Of a DNA stretch of 64,000 nucleotides, positions 46,098 to 57,549 are shown in pieces. How positions within the stretch are numbered: the stretch's first letter is position 1; every line of letters starts with the position of its first letter. The notes below the pieces were generated by a model. That model was not told where the DNA came from and did no database searches. It worked only from the letters and a program-made list of their open reading frames with translations. The translations under genes were made by a program, and so were the position numbers. This stretch comes from an uncultured Spirochaetota bacterium (GTDB lineage Bacteria > Spirochaetota > Spirochaetia > Treponematales > UBA12059): the NCBI GenBank assembly GCA_937873275.1, contig CALMRC010000052.1, positions 4,309 to 68,308 on the forward strand, written 5' to 3'.

Positions 46098-47138
46098 TCA
46101 ATACTCCCGGGTTCGGGCCCGTATGTTCGCGAGAAGCCCGCGGAGCTCCTCGACCGCGGAGGGATCCGGGTTCCCGCCCGCGGCCAGCAGGGCGTCGATC
46201 CGGGAGAGGATCTCCCGCAGGGCCGCGAGATCGGTCCGGGCTCCGACGAAGGGATCCGGACCGACGGGGAGTGCGGCCGGGGCGGCCGAGGTCGGGACGG
46301 GCACCTCCCCGGTCGCGGCCGCGACGGAGAACCCCCCGTCGTTCTTGTTGCCCAGGGCCGTTCGGAGAATTTTCTTCCCCCCGCTGCGGACCTCGGCGGG
46401 CTCGAAGTACAGGGCCGCGGCGGAATCGTCGATGGAGAACGGAAGCAAGGTGAAACCGCGCCCCGGGGAGACTTCGAAGGCCCACTCGGAATCGTGGATC
46501 CTCTTCCAGTTCGCCAGGATCACGCGGTTCGGCCGGGTGAGTCCCGCGGCGACGAGCTGGACCTGGAGGGACGCCCCGGCATCCCCGGGTGTCACCAGGC
46601 GGCTCGGGACGGCGGAGCCGGAAAAGGCGGTTTCCGCGCCGACGACCCCGGTGCCGTCCACTTCGAAGGGACGCTTCGCGCGTTCGCCCTGGTAGGTGTC
46701 CAGAAGGACCCGAAGCCCCACGGAGGCGGAGTCCGCGGAAAGATTCTCGATCTCGAAATCCAGAAGCAGGCCGTCGGACTCCGTCGCTCCCCGGGATCGC
46801 AGGAATCGGAAGGTCTGCCGAACCACGGCGAAGGATGCACGGTATTCCACGACGGCGTCGTCGCCCGATTTGCGCACGGTGAAGCGGAACTCGGGGCTTT
46901 CCCCCAGCCGGTACGTCTTTCCGTTCCAGGAAAGCGTGGGGTAGCTCGTACGGGCGTCCTGCTCGGACAAAAGGGATACGTACCGATTCCGGGCGGCGTC
47001 GGCCAGGAAGTTCACGGAAAACCGGGCCGTCCGCTCGTCCAGGGATAGCAGGATCCTTCCGTCCCGGAGGTCGAGGGCGCCGGCGGCGGACGCCAGGAAC
47101 GCGGCCGCCGCGAGAAGAATGACCCTTCGGACCGTCAT
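46098..47138 (-). CDS. Secreted hypothetical protein
   Basis: Track ORF trimmed to ATG 47138 (MTVRRVILLAAAAFLASAAGA signal). The ATG overlaps the upstream stop (ATGA). 346 aa, beta-rich N-terminal part and a helical C-terminus. Confidence 0.7.
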   Translation of the reverse strand: MTVRRVILLAAAAFLASAAGALDLRDGRILLSLDERTARFSVNFLADAARNRYVSLLSEQDARTSYPTLSWNGKTYRLGESPEFRFTVRKSGDDAVVEYRASFAVVRQTFRFLRSRGATESDGLLLDFEIENLSADSASVGLRVLLDTYQGERAKRPFEVDGTGVVGAETAFSGSAVPSRLVTPGDAGASLQVQLVAAGLTRPNRVILANWKRIHDSEWAFEVSPGRGFTLLPFSIDDSAAALYFEPAEVRSGGKKILRTALGNKNDGGFSVAAATGEVPVPTSAAPAALPVGPDPFVGARTDLAALREILSRIDALLAAGGNPDPSAVEELRGLLANIRARTREY

Positions 47139-48067
47139 GGCTGAGCCCCCTTCTCCGCGTTGCGCGCGAGCCAATCGACGTAGAACGACATCAATTCGAG
47201 GGCCTCGGCCTTCAAGGCCAGCAGGTCCCGGCGTCCGGCCTCCGAGCTTCCCCCGCCCTGGGACGCGAGAGCCTTGGTGAGCTCCTCGATCCGGGCGTTC
47301 AGGGCGGCGATCCTCTGCTCGCCGTCCCCCCCGGGCGCCGGCGCGGGTGCCGCGGTCTCCACGGCGGGGACGCCGGACTCCGCCAGCCTGCGCTGGTATA
47401 CCGCCAGGGCCTGTTCGTACGCCTTTTCGCGGCGTTGGAACTCCTCGATGACCCGCAGGGATTCCTCGTGACTCCACTTGAGCAGGGTCAGGAGCTCGTT
47501 TTCCCGATACTTGTAGCGGATCAGGGAAATCTTGTAGGAGGCCGCCTCGAACTTGACGCTCTTGGGGTATTCGGTCGTCAGGGTCCGGAACACGGCTTCC
47601 GCCTCCGCGAGCCTCCCCAGGGAGAACAGGCTGTCCCCCGTCCAGTACAGGGCCGAGGAAACGAAGGCGTGGTCGGGATATTTTTCCAGGAACGAGGCGA
47701 ACAGCTGGATGGACTCCTCGTACTCCCCCGTCGTGTGGGAAATACGCGCCCTCTGGTACAGGGCATCCGGCACCGCGGCGTTGCGGGGATACTCTTTCAG
47801 GAAGGTGTCCAGGGTCCGCCGTGCGTTGCCGTAGTCGCCCAGGGCGACGTAGCAGAGCCCGGACCAGTACACCGCGTCGGGCCGGGACGACTGCAGGGCG
47901 GGATCGGAGAGCACCCGGCTGAACAGCTCCAGGGCCTCGGAGTATTTCTCCTCGCCGAAAAGGCTTATGCCGCGGGACATCCGTCCGTCCGGGACGGCCT
48001 GTCCGTACACCGCGACGGCCGCCGCGAAGGCAAGCGCAAGGACGAGGGCTGTTCGAAATCGACGCAT
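47135..48067 (-). CDS. Secreted TPR-repeat protein with C-terminal coiled coil (YbgF/CpoB-like architecture, order inverted)
   Basis: Track ORF trimmed to ATG 48067 (MRRFRTALVLALAFAAAVAVYGQ signal). Repeated ...A.YW.G.....G.Y..A...F......YP... TPR units. 310 aa. Confidence 0.75.
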   Translation of the reverse strand: MRRFRTALVLALAFAAAVAVYGQAVPDGRMSRGISLFGEEKYSEALELFSRVLSDPALQSSRPDAVYWSGLCYVALGDYGNARRTLDTFLKEYPRNAAVPDALYQRARISHTTGEYEESIQLFASFLEKYPDHAFVSSALYWTGDSLFSLGRLAEAEAVFRTLTTEYPKSVKFEAASYKISLIRYKYRENELLTLLKWSHEESLRVIEEFQRREKAYEQALAVYQRRLAESGVPAVETAAPAPAPGGDGEQRIAALNARIEELTKALASQGGGSSEAGRRDLLALKAEALELMSFYVDWLARNAEKGAQP

Positions 48068-48086
48068 CGGGCTTCCTCCGATTGGA

Positions 48087-48821
48087 TTATCGGCGTTCCG
48101 GGGTTCCGGCTGAAGCCGGTACCCCGGCCCGGGTATTCCCGGAACCGGCCGAGGCCGAGTACGCCGCGATCGCCGCGGACGCCGCCCGGCCGGGATCTTC
48201 GGCGTCGAAAAAGGCGCTTCCCATGACCAGGACTTCCGCCCCGGCCCGCGCGACCGCGGGTATCGTCGACTCATTGATACCTCCGTCCACGGCCAGACGG
48301 AATCCGAGGCCCCGGCGCTCCCGGATCGACCGGAGCTCGGAGACCTTGTCCAGGCACTCGGGGATGAGCCGTTGGCCTCCGAATCCCGGATTCACCGTCA
48401 TCACCAATACCAGGTCCACGAAGGGCAGCAGGGGTTCCAGGGAGGAAACGGGGGTGGAGGGCACGATGGAAATCCCCGCCGCCCTCCCCCGCTCCCGTAT
48501 TTCCGCGGCCAGGCGGTGGGCGTGGACGCAGGCTTCCAGATGGAAGGTCAAGGCATCGGCCCCGGCGTCCAGGAAAGACGGCACCAGTCGCTCCGGTTCG
48601 ACGGTCATGAGGTGGGCGTCCAGGAAGAGCCGCGTGCGCTTGCGGATATCCGCCACCATCTTGGCCCCGAAGGTCAGGTTGGGGACGAATCGTCCGTCCA
48701 TCACGTCCAGGTGCAGCCACGGAGCGCCCGCCTCCTCGCAGATCCGGACGGCGCCCCGGATATCCGAGAAATCCGCGGAAAGGATGGAGGGCGCGAGAAC
48801 GGGGAGGTTCCGAAATTCCAT
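48087..48821 (-). CDS. rpe: Ribulose-phosphate 3-epimerase
   Basis: 244 aa with APSILSADF, HLDVMDGRFVPN, VMTVNPGFGGQ and VDGGIN motifs. Confidence 0.92.
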   Translation of the reverse strand: MEFRNLPVLAPSILSADFSDIRGAVRICEEAGAPWLHLDVMDGRFVPNLTFGAKMVADIRKRTRLFLDAHLMTVEPERLVPSFLDAGADALTFHLEACVHAHRLAAEIRERGRAAGISIVPSTPVSSLEPLLPFVDLVLVMTVNPGFGGQRLIPECLDKVSELRSIRERRGLGFRLAVDGGINESTIPAVARAGAEVLVMGSAFFDAEDPGRAASAAIAAYSASAGSGNTRAGVPASAGTPERR

Positions 48822-48880
48822 GGAACGATACTAGCACAGGGGTCGGGCCCGGACAAGCTCGGCCGGAGCTCGGCAAGTCG

Positions 48881-48990
48881 GAAAAGAAAGCCGCGCCCGG
48901 AGGCGCGGCTTCATCGGCGCGATAAACCGGTGAACACATCGACGAGCGTCAGCTCGTCGCCGCTAGAGACCGGCGAAAGCCGGTCTCTAG
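48881..48990 (-). terminator. Terminator pair ending the kor-mcm-mmd operon
   Basis: Proximal element (48961-48990): 13-bp perfect stem gctagagaccggc/gccggtctctagc with a GAAA loop. Distal element (48888-48911): 10-bp stem aagccgcgcc/ggcgcggctt followed on the minus strand by TCTTTTC (48887-48881). Confidence 0.7.
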
Positions 48991-48992
48991 CG

Positions 48993-50123
48993 CTAACTCA
49001 GCATGGACAGCAGGACGCCCGCGGCGATGGCGGAACCGATGACCCCCGCCACGTTGGGTCCCATGGCGTGCATGAGGAGGAAGTTCGAGGGATTTTCCTT
49101 CTGCCCGACCACCTGGCTGACCCGGGCGGCCATGGGTACCGCGGACACTCCGGCGCTTCCGATGAGGGGATTTATCTTGCCGCCGGACAGGACGTACATG
49201 AGCTTGCCCAGGAGGACGCCGCCCGCGGTGCCGAAGGCGAAGGCCAGAAGCCCCAGGCCGATGATGGACAGGGTCTGGACGGTGAGGAAGCGGTCCGCGC
49301 TGGCCGTGGCGCCCACGGCGGTGCCCAGGAAGATCGTGAGGATGTTGATCAGGGCGTTCTGGGCGGTGTTGTTCAGGCGCTCCGTGACACCGCACTCCCG
49401 GAAGAGGTTTCCCAGCATGAGGGCGCCCAGGAGGGGGACCGCGGCGGGCAGGAGCAGGCCGCACAGGATGGTCACCATGATCGGGAATATGATCTTCTCC
49501 GCCTTGCTGACCTCCCGTAGCTGGTCCATCACCACCATGCGCTCCTTCTTGGTGGTCAGGGCCTTCATGATGGGAGGCTGGATGATGGGCACCAGGGCCA
49601 TGTAGGAGTAGGCGGCGATGGCGATGGCCGGCAGGAGTTCCGGCTTCAGCTTGGAGGTGAGGAAGATGGCCGTCGGCCCGTCCGCTCCGCCGATGATCCC
49701 GATGGAGGCCGCCCCCTGCAGGTCGAAACCCAGGGCCCGGGCCAGCAGGAAGGCCACGAAGATCCCCAGCTGGGCCGCCGCACCCAGGAGCAGGCTCTTG
49801 GGATTGGCGATGAGGGGGCCGAAGTCCGTCATCGCCCCGACCCCCATGAAGATGAGGGGCGGGTAGATCCCGAACTTGATCCCGTAATAGAGGTAGTACA
49901 GGAGGCCGCCGGGGCTTCCGTCCTTCCCGGGATCCATGATGCCCCCCAGGGGAATGTTCGCCAGGAGCATCCCGAAGGCGATGGGCACCAGGAGGAGGGG
50001 TTCGAACTTCTTGACGATCCCCAGGTAGAGGAGCACGCAGGATACCGTGATCATGACCAGGTCCGTCCACTTCATGGCCACGAATCCCGTGCTCTGCAGG
50101 AATTCCAGGATACTGTCCAACAT
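48993..50123 (-). CDS. mmdB: Na+-translocating decarboxylase beta subunit (OadB/MmdB family)
   Basis: 376-aa polytopic protein with [34 protein letters not shown] and [14 protein letters not shown] motifs. Confidence 0.9.
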   Translation of the reverse strand: MLDSILEFLQSTGFVAMKWTDLVMITVSCVLLYLGIVKKFEPLLLVPIAFGMLLANIPLGGIMDPGKDGSPGGLLYYLYYGIKFGIYPPLIFMGVGAMTDFGPLIANPKSLLLGAAAQLGIFVAFLLARALGFDLQGAASIGIIGGADGPTAIFLTSKLKPELLPAIAIAAYSYMALVPIIQPPIMKALTTKKERMVVMDQLREVSKAEKIIFPIMVTILCGLLLPAAVPLLGALMLGNLFRECGVTERLNNTAQNALINILTIFLGTAVGATASADRFLTVQTLSIIGLGLLAFAFGTAGGVLLGKLMYVLSGGKINPLIGSAGVSAVPMAARVSQVVGQKENPSNFLLMHAMGPNVAGVIGSAIAAGVLLSMLS

Positions 50124-50148
50124 CTGAGTGCTTCCTTATGCGACAGGC

Positions 50149-50538
50149 CTAGGCCATGTCCACCAGCGGATCCCCCGTGTTGACGGACTGTCCGGCCTGG
50201 ACGCGGACGGCGGCCACGGTGCCGTCCCCGGCGGCGCAGATCTCGTTCTCCATCTTCATGGCTTCCAGGATCAGGAGGACCTGTCCCTTCTTGACCGCCT
50301 GCCCCGCGGACACCTTCACGCCCAGGATGGTGCCGGGCATGGGGGATTTCACGGAGGAAGCGCCGGCGGCTCCGGGAGACGCGGGAGCCGGGGCGGCGGG
50401 GGCCGCCGGAGCGGCCGGGCGGGGGGCGGGAGCCGCCGCGACGGGAGCCGCCGCGGGGGCGGAGGATCCGCCGACTTCCTCGACGCTCACGTCGAAGGCC
50501 TGTCCGTTGACGTAAATCTTATAGCTCTTCATATCCAA
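50149..50538 (-). CDS. mmdC: Biotin carboxyl carrier protein (MmdC / 1.3S-type)
   Basis: 129 aa. N-terminal [17 protein letters not shown], an Ala/Pro linker, then a biotinyl domain containing EAMKMEN. Confidence 0.9.
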   Translation of the reverse strand: MDMKSYKIYVNGQAFDVSVEEVGGSSAPAAAPVAAAPAPRPAAPAAPAAPAPASPGAAGASSVKSPMPGTILGVKVSAGQAVKKGQVLLILEAMKMENEICAAGDGTVAAVRVQAGQSVNTGDPLVDMA

Positions 50539-50553
50539 CTCCTTGCGGTTCGA

Positions 50554-50934
50554 TCAGCGGCGTCCGGCGGCCAGCCGGTTCGCGTATCCCCAGACGGGGG
50601 TGTTGAGCCCGGCCGGACCGGGCTGGGACGGCGATATGCGGGCGATCCGGACTTCCGAGGCCCTTCGGCCGGTGGCGGCCGCCAGGGCCGCCGTGATCGC
50701 CGCAACGACCTCGGGTGTGACGCCCGCCGCCGAGGCGGCGGGCCGGGTCTCGGGCGGGGTCGGGGCGGAGGCGGGCTGTCCGGCGGCTCCGGCCGCATCC
50801 GGCTTCCTTCCCGCCAGGCGGTTCGCGACGACCGAGAACCCCCCGAGGATCAACGAAAGCCCGATCAGGGCGATGAAGACCGTCCCCATGCCGATGAGGA
50901 CCACGGTCCATTCATACAATCCGATGTTGCTCAT
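50554..50934 (-). CDS. mmdD: OadG/MmdD-family decarboxylase small membrane subunit
   Basis: 126 aa with an N-terminal TM (VVLIGMGTVFIALIGLSLIL) and a C-terminal PEVVAAITAALAAA motif typical of OadG-family proteins. Confidence 0.75.
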   Translation of the reverse strand: MSNIGLYEWTVVLIGMGTVFIALIGLSLILGGFSVVANRLAGRKPDAAGAAGQPASAPTPPETRPAASAAGVTPEVVAAITAALAAATGRRASEVRIARISPSQPGPAGLNTPVWGYANRLAAGRR

Positions 50935-50943
50935 GCGCCGCCC

Positions 50944-52485
50944 CTAGGCCGGGAAGTTCCCGTGCTTGCGGGCCGGACGGGTTTCCCGCTTGCCCCCCAG
51001 CATGGCCAGGGCCGCGATAAGCCGGCTCCGGGTGTCCGCGGGATCGAGGACATCGTCCACGTAGCCCCGCACGGCCGCCTTGTAGGGATTGGCGAAGGAG
51101 CGCTTGTACTCCTCGATCTTTTCCTTCCGGGCGGCGGCGGGATCGGAGGCTTCCTCGATCTCCTTCTTGAAGATGATGTTGGCCGCGCCTTCGGGCCCCA
51201 TGACGGCGATCTCCGCGCTGGGCCAGGCGAAGACCTGGTCGGCTCCCAGGTGGCGGGAGCACATGGCGATGTAGGCTCCCCCGTAGGCCTTCCGGAGGAT
51301 GACCGTCAGGAGGGGAACCGTCGCCTCGCTGTATGCGTAGAGGAGCTTGGCGCCGTGGCGGATGACCCCGCCGTGCTCCTGGCTCACCCCGGGCAGGTAC
51401 CCGGCGGTGTCCGCGAAGGTAACCAGGGGAATGTTGAAGGCGTCGCAGAACCGGATGAACCGGGCGCCCTTGTCCGAGGCGTTGATGTCCAGGACGCCGG
51501 CCATGACCGCGGGCTGGTTGGCCACGATGCCGACGGAGCGTCCGCCCAGGCGCGCGAAGCCAACCACGATGTTCTTGGCGTAATCCTCCTGGACCTCGAA
51601 GAAATCCCCGCCGTCGAAGACGCCCTGGATGATCCGGCGGACGTCGTAGGGCTTGTTCGGGGAATCGGGGATGATGTCCGCCAGGGCGGACGGATCCCCC
51701 GCGGGCTCCGCGGGGTCGGCCAGGGGCGGATCCTCCAGGTTGTTCTGGGGGAGGAAGGACAGGAGGCGCTTGATCCCCTCGATCGTGCCGTTCTCGTCGG
51801 GGAACCGGAAATGGGCGACTCCGCTCTTCTCGCAATGTACGTGGGACCCGCCCAGGTCCTCGGCGGAGACGTCCTCGCCGGTTACGGCCTTGATGACCTG
51901 GGGACCCGTGATGAACATGTTGGAGCTCTTGTCCGTCATGAGCACGAAATCCGTGAGGGCCGGGGAATAGACCGCTCCGCCGGCGCAGGGACCCATGATG
52001 ACGGATATCTGGGGAATTACCCCGGACGCCACGGTGTTCCGGTAGAAGATGTCCCCGTACCCGGACAAGGCGTCGACGCCCTCCTGGATGCGGGCGCCGC
52101 CGGAGTCGTTGATGCCGATCACCGGACATCCGACCTTCATGGCCATGTCCATGGCCTTGCAGATCTTGGCGGCGTGCATCTCACCCAGGGATCCCCCGAT
52201 CACGGTGAAGTCCTGGGCGAACACGTAGACCAGCCGGCCGGCGACCGTGCCGTACCCGATCACCACCCCCTCCCCGGGGGCTTCCACGTCGGCCATGCCG
52301 AGCTCGTCGCAGCGGTGTTCCACGAAGGCGTCCAGTTCCACGAACGAGCCTTCGTCGAGGAGCATGCCGATGCGCTCCCGGGCCGTCATCTTTCCCTTCT
52401 CGTGCTGGGCGGCCACCCTCTTGGGTCCGCCCCCGGCCTGGATCTTGTCCCGGCGCTTCACGAGCTCGCGGATCTTCTCTTCCAT
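50944..52485 (-). CDS. mmdA: Methylmalonyl-CoA carboxyltransferase/decarboxylase alpha subunit (12S / PCC-beta family)
   Basis: Track ORF trimmed to ATG 52485 ([14 protein letters not shown]). Contains [38 protein letters not shown] and [16 protein letters not shown] motifs. Confidence 0.92.
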   Translation of the reverse strand: MEEKIRELVKRRDKIQAGGGPKRVAAQHEKGKMTARERIGMLLDEGSFVELDAFVEHRCDELGMADVEAPGEGVVIGYGTVAGRLVYVFAQDFTVIGGSLGEMHAAKICKAMDMAMKVGCPVIGINDSGGARIQEGVDALSGYGDIFYRNTVASGVIPQISVIMGPCAGGAVYSPALTDFVLMTDKSSNMFITGPQVIKAVTGEDVSAEDLGGSHVHCEKSGVAHFRFPDENGTIEGIKRLLSFLPQNNLEDPPLADPAEPAGDPSALADIIPDSPNKPYDVRRIIQGVFDGGDFFEVQEDYAKNIVVGFARLGGRSVGIVANQPAVMAGVLDINASDKGARFIRFCDAFNIPLVTFADTAGYLPGVSQEHGGVIRHGAKLLYAYSEATVPLLTVILRKAYGGAYIAMCSRHLGADQVFAWPSAEIAVMGPEGAANIIFKKEIEEASDPAAARKEKIEEYKRSFANPYKAAVRGYVDDVLDPADTRSRLIAALAMLGGKRETRPARKHGNFPA

Positions 52486-52567
52486 ACCTCTATTCCCCCA
52501 TCGGCGCTCCTGCGCCGCCGTTCTCAGACTGCCCGCCGTACCGCGGGACGCGCGAACCAGGATCCGG

Positions 52568-52969
52568 TCAGTCCCGCTGGCAGAGCTCCACGAGCACGCC
52601 GTTGGTCGCCTTCGGGTGGAGGAAGGCGATCTTCGCGCCCCCCGCGCCATACCTCGGCTTTTCGTCGATCAGCCGGATCCCCCGGGCCTTCAGGTCGGCC
52701 AGGGTCTTCTCGATGTCCTTCACCCGGAACGCCAGGTGCTGGACGCCCTGCCCCTTGGCGGCGATGAACTTGGCGATGGGGCCCTCGGGATCCGTGGACT
52801 CCAGGAGTTCGACTTCCGTGTCCCCGACGGGGAAGAAGGCCACCTTCACCTTCTGCTCCTCCACGGTCTCGGTCCCGTGGAGCTCCAGGCCCAGGACGTC
52901 CCGGTAGAACGCCATGGACTGTTCCAGGTTCTCCACGGCGATGCCGATATGATCCAGTTTTTCCGTCAT
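52568..52969 (-). CDS. mce: Methylmalonyl-CoA epimerase (VOC/glyoxalase fold)
   Basis: 133 aa with [20 protein letters not shown] and AFLHPK motifs. Confidence 0.88.
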   Translation of the reverse strand: MTEKLDHIGIAVENLEQSMAFYRDVLGLELHGTETVEEQKVKVAFFPVGDTEVELLESTDPEGPIAKFIAAKGQGVQHLAFRVKDIEKTLADLKARGIRLIDEKPRYGAGGAKIAFLHPKATNGVLVELCQRD

Positions 52970-52997
52970 TTCGACTACCTCCTCGGTTCCGATCCGG

Positions 52998-54047
52998 TCA
53001 GCAAAGTTCCTCGAACAGGACGTCCACCGCTTCGTAGACGTCCCTGCGCTTTTCCACCACGTCCTCCGCGAGCCGATCCAGCCGGGAGACGGCGTCCGGG
53101 GTCCCGAGGCGGGCCAGGAGCCGGTTCCCCAGGGCTCCCCGGAGCTCGTACCCGACGTTCCGCAGGCGCCGCTCCCTAAGGAGCCCCGTCTCCGCCAGGG
53201 CCGCCCGATGGGCCTCCACGGAATCCACGACCGGTCCGACGCCTTCCCCGGTCTCGGCCGTGGTCTTGAGCACCGGAGGCAGGCCGTGGGCGTCCCCGTA
53301 CCCGTGCGAGGAAACCGCCTCCCGGGCGGCGAACGCGATGTGGTGCCCCCCCCGGTCCGCGGCCCCGGTCCCGGACAGGGCCCGGGGACTCGCTCCGTTG
53401 ACCAGGGCCGTCTCGAGCATGGAGCGGATCTCCCGCACCACCCGGTCCGCCCCGTCCCGATCCGCCTTGTTCACCACGAAGACGTCCCCGATCTCCATGA
53501 TCCCGGCCTTCAGCACCTGGATGTCGTCCCCCAGACCCGGGACGGAGACCAGGACGACCGTGTCCGCCAGGCGCACGATGTCCACCTCGCTCTGCCCCAC
53601 TCCAACGGTCTCGATCAGGACCCGGTCGAACCCGGCCGCGTCCAGGACCCGCGCGGCTTCCATGACCGCGCCGGAGAGGCCGCCCAGGTGTCCCCGGGTG
53701 GCCAGGCTGCGGATGTAGACCCCCTCGTCCAGGGCATGGGACTGCATCCGGATGCGGTCCCCCAGGATCGCCCCGCCGGTGAAGGGGCTCGAGGGATCCA
53801 CGGCCAGCACCCCCACGGTGAGGCCGCGCTCCCGATACTCCCGGACGAATTTGTCCACCAGGGTGCTCTTGCCGGAGCCCGGGGGGCCGGTGACGCCCAC
53901 GACGTGGGCCCGCCCCGTGTCGGCGTGGAGGGCCTTGAGGACCTCGATGACGGCGGGATCCCCGTCGTCGATCCGCGAGATCGCGCGGGCCAAGGCCCTG
54001 GGGTCCCCGGACCGGATGCGCCGTGCGGCTTCCGGGACGTCGGTCAT
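52998..54047 (-). CDS. meaB: Methylmalonyl-CoA mutase-associated G-protein chaperone (MeaB/ArgK)
   Basis: 349 aa with P-loop GPPGSGKST, ETVGVGQSE and VNKADRDG motifs. Confidence 0.9.
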   Translation of the reverse strand: MTDVPEAARRIRSGDPRALARAISRIDDGDPAVIEVLKALHADTGRAHVVGVTGPPGSGKSTLVDKFVREYRERGLTVGVLAVDPSSPFTGGAILGDRIRMQSHALDEGVYIRSLATRGHLGGLSGAVMEAARVLDAAGFDRVLIETVGVGQSEVDIVRLADTVVLVSVPGLGDDIQVLKAGIMEIGDVFVVNKADRDGADRVVREIRSMLETALVNGASPRALSGTGAADRGGHHIAFAAREAVSSHGYGDAHGLPPVLKTTAETGEGVGPVVDSVEAHRAALAETGLLRERRLRNVGYELRGALGNRLLARLGTPDAVSRLDRLAEDVVEKRRDVYEAVDVLFEELC

Positions 54048-54060
54048 GGAGTCGATACGC

Positions 54061-54456
54061 CTAGCGCTTCAGGTTCGCGCGGATGAAATCGATGGTCGCC
54101 TTCGTGGGCGTTCCGGGGCCGAAAATCTCGGCGATCCCGGCCTTCTTGAGGAAGGGGATGTCGTCCTCCGGGATGACCCCGCCGCCGATTACCAGCACGT
54201 CGTTCACGCCCTTTTCCGACAGGAGTTCCATGACCCGGGGAAAGAGGTGATTGTGCGCCCCCGAGAGTATCGAGAGCGCGATGACGTCCGCGTCCTCCTG
54301 GATCGCGGCCTGGACGATCTGCTCCGGAGTCTGCCGGAGACCCGTGTAGACGACTTCCATCCCGGCGTCCCGAAGGGCCCGGGCGATCACCTTGGCGCCC
54401 CGGTCGTGGCCGTCCAGCCCGGGCTTGGCCACCAATACGCGAATCTTCCTATCCAT
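54061..54456 (-). CDS. Methylmalonyl-CoA mutase, cobalamin-binding small subunit
   Basis: 131 aa with the [11 protein letters not shown] (DxHxxG) B12-binding motif and SILSGAH. Confidence 0.9.
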   Translation of the reverse strand: MDRKIRVLVAKPGLDGHDRGAKVIARALRDAGMEVVYTGLRQTPEQIVQAAIQEDADVIALSILSGAHNHLFPRVMELLSEKGVNDVLVIGGGVIPEDDIPFLKKAGIAEIFGPGTPTKATIDFIRANLKR

Positions 54457-54468
54457 TCCTAACCCCCG

Positions 54469-56136
<1,668 letters not shown>

Positions 56137-56170
56137 CAGGTATCCTCCGGTGCGCTTCGCGTGCGACGCC

Positions 56171-56710
56171 TCAGGCCTTCGCCTTGAAGGCGTCGGCCAG
56201 CTCGAATCCCTTCTTCAGGGCGGCTATGTTCAGTTCCTCCGTGCCCTTGGGCACGCGGTTCTTGACCGCCGCCTCGAGGGTGGCCGGGGCGACGATCCCG
56301 GAAATCCCGGCCAGGACGCCGAGGGCCACGATGTTGGCCACGACGCTCTTCCCGATGTCCTTGGCCGCGGTCCGGAGGATCGGAACCCGGGCCGTACGGG
56401 CGGAGATCTCGTCGGAAGGGGGGACGGAATCGTCCACGATGATGAGCCCCTTCTTCATGACCTTGCCGTAGGTCCGGTACGCTTCCCCGGTCAGGGCCAG
56501 GAGGAAATCCGGGTCCATGGCCTTGGGATAGTCGATGTCCTCCTCGCTGATGACCACTTCCGCCTTGGAGGCGCCGCCCCGGGCCTCGGGCCCGTAGCTC
56601 TGGGTCTGCACGGCGTTCTTGTCCTCCAGGATGGCCGCCTCCGCAAGGACGATCCCCGCGAGGAGCAGGCCTTGCCCCCCGGATCCGCTCAGTCGGAATT
56701 CTGTTCGCAT
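56171..56710 (-). CDS. korC: 2-oxoacid:ferredoxin oxidoreductase gamma subunit (2-oxoglutarate specificity inferred from context)
   Basis: 179 aa with [11 protein letters not shown] and SYGPEARGG motifs. Confidence 0.85.
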   Translation of the reverse strand: MRTEFRLSGSGGQGLLLAGIVLAEAAILEDKNAVQTQSYGPEARGGASKAEVVISEEDIDYPKAMDPDFLLALTGEAYRTYGKVMKKGLIIVDDSVPPSDEISARTARVPILRTAAKDIGKSVVANIVALGVLAGISGIVAPATLEAAVKNRVPKGTEELNIAALKKGFELADAFKAKA

Positions 56711-57549
56711 CCGCGCACCCCTCCCCGGAAACCGTCGAACTTTCTCTGAACCTGGGCGATGACCTTGTCGTACTCGTCGCAGAACTCGGGTTGTGGATTC
56801 TTGTACAGCTCACCGATCAGGAGCTTGCCCGCGGTCTTCTCGGGCGGCAGGACCGCGGCCGCCTTGGAGTTGACGGTCCGATCCTTGATCCACTCCAGGA
56901 GCTCCACGGCCCCTCCGACCTTGTTCTTCCGGCCGAAGTAGGTCGGACACTGGGTCAGGGCTTCCACGACCGAGAATCCCCGGTGCGTCAGGGCCTGCTC
57001 GCACAGGTCCACGAGCATCTGGGCGTGATAGGCGGTTCCCCGGGCCACGTAGGTCGCCCCCGCAGCCTCGGCCAGTTTGCACAGGTCGAAGGTGCGCTCC
57101 ACGTTCCCGTAGGGAGCGGTGGTTCCCAGGAATCCCTTGGGGGTCATCGGGGAATACTGTCCGCTGGTCATGCCGTAGATGTTGTTGTTCATCACGATGG
57201 TCGTGATGTCGATGTTCCGCCGGGCGGCGTGGATGAAATGGTTCCCGCCGATCGCCGTGCAGTCCCCGTCCCCGGTCATGACGATGACCTTCAGGTCCGG
57301 CCGGGCCAACTTGATCCCCGTGGCGAAGGCCAGAGCCCGGCCGTGGGCGGTATGAAGGGTGTCGAAGTCCAGGTATCCGGGGGCCCGGCTGGAACAGCCG
57401 ATCCCGGATACGACGCAGACCTTGTTCTTGTCCAGCTTGAGGCGCGCGATCGCCCGCACCAGGGCCCCGGTGACCGTGCCGTGCCCGCATCCGGGACACC
57501 AGATGTGCGGGAGCCTGTCCTGTCGGAAGTACTTGAGTATGTCGCTCAT
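56689..57549 (-). CDS. korB: 2-oxoacid:ferredoxin oxidoreductase beta (TPP-binding) subunit
   Basis: Track ORF trimmed to ATG 57549 (MSDILKYF). Contains WCPGCGHG, GIGCSS and GDGDCTAIGGNH motifs. ATGA overlap with korA. Confidence 0.9.
   Translation of the reverse strand: MSDILKYFRQDRLPHIWCPGCGHGTVTGALVRAIARLKLDKNKVCVVSGIGCSSRAPGYLDFDTLHTAHGRALAFATGIKLARPDLKVIVMTGDGDCTAIGGNHFIHAARRNIDITTIVMNNNIYGMTSGQYSPMTPKGFLGTTAPYGNVERTFDLCKLAEAAGATYVARGTAYHAQMLVDLCEQALTHRGFSVVEALTQCPTYFGRKNKVGGAVELLEWIKDRTVNSKAAAVLPPEKTAGKLLIGELYKNPQPEFCDEYDKVIAQVQRKFDGFRGGVRGCEQNSD

Noticed and set aside
50128-52767. 879-aa plus-strand ORF
   Set aside because: Antisense to mmdC, mmdD, mmdA and mce, all of which carry diagnostic motifs. 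The composition is Gly/Arg/Pro/Asp-rich.
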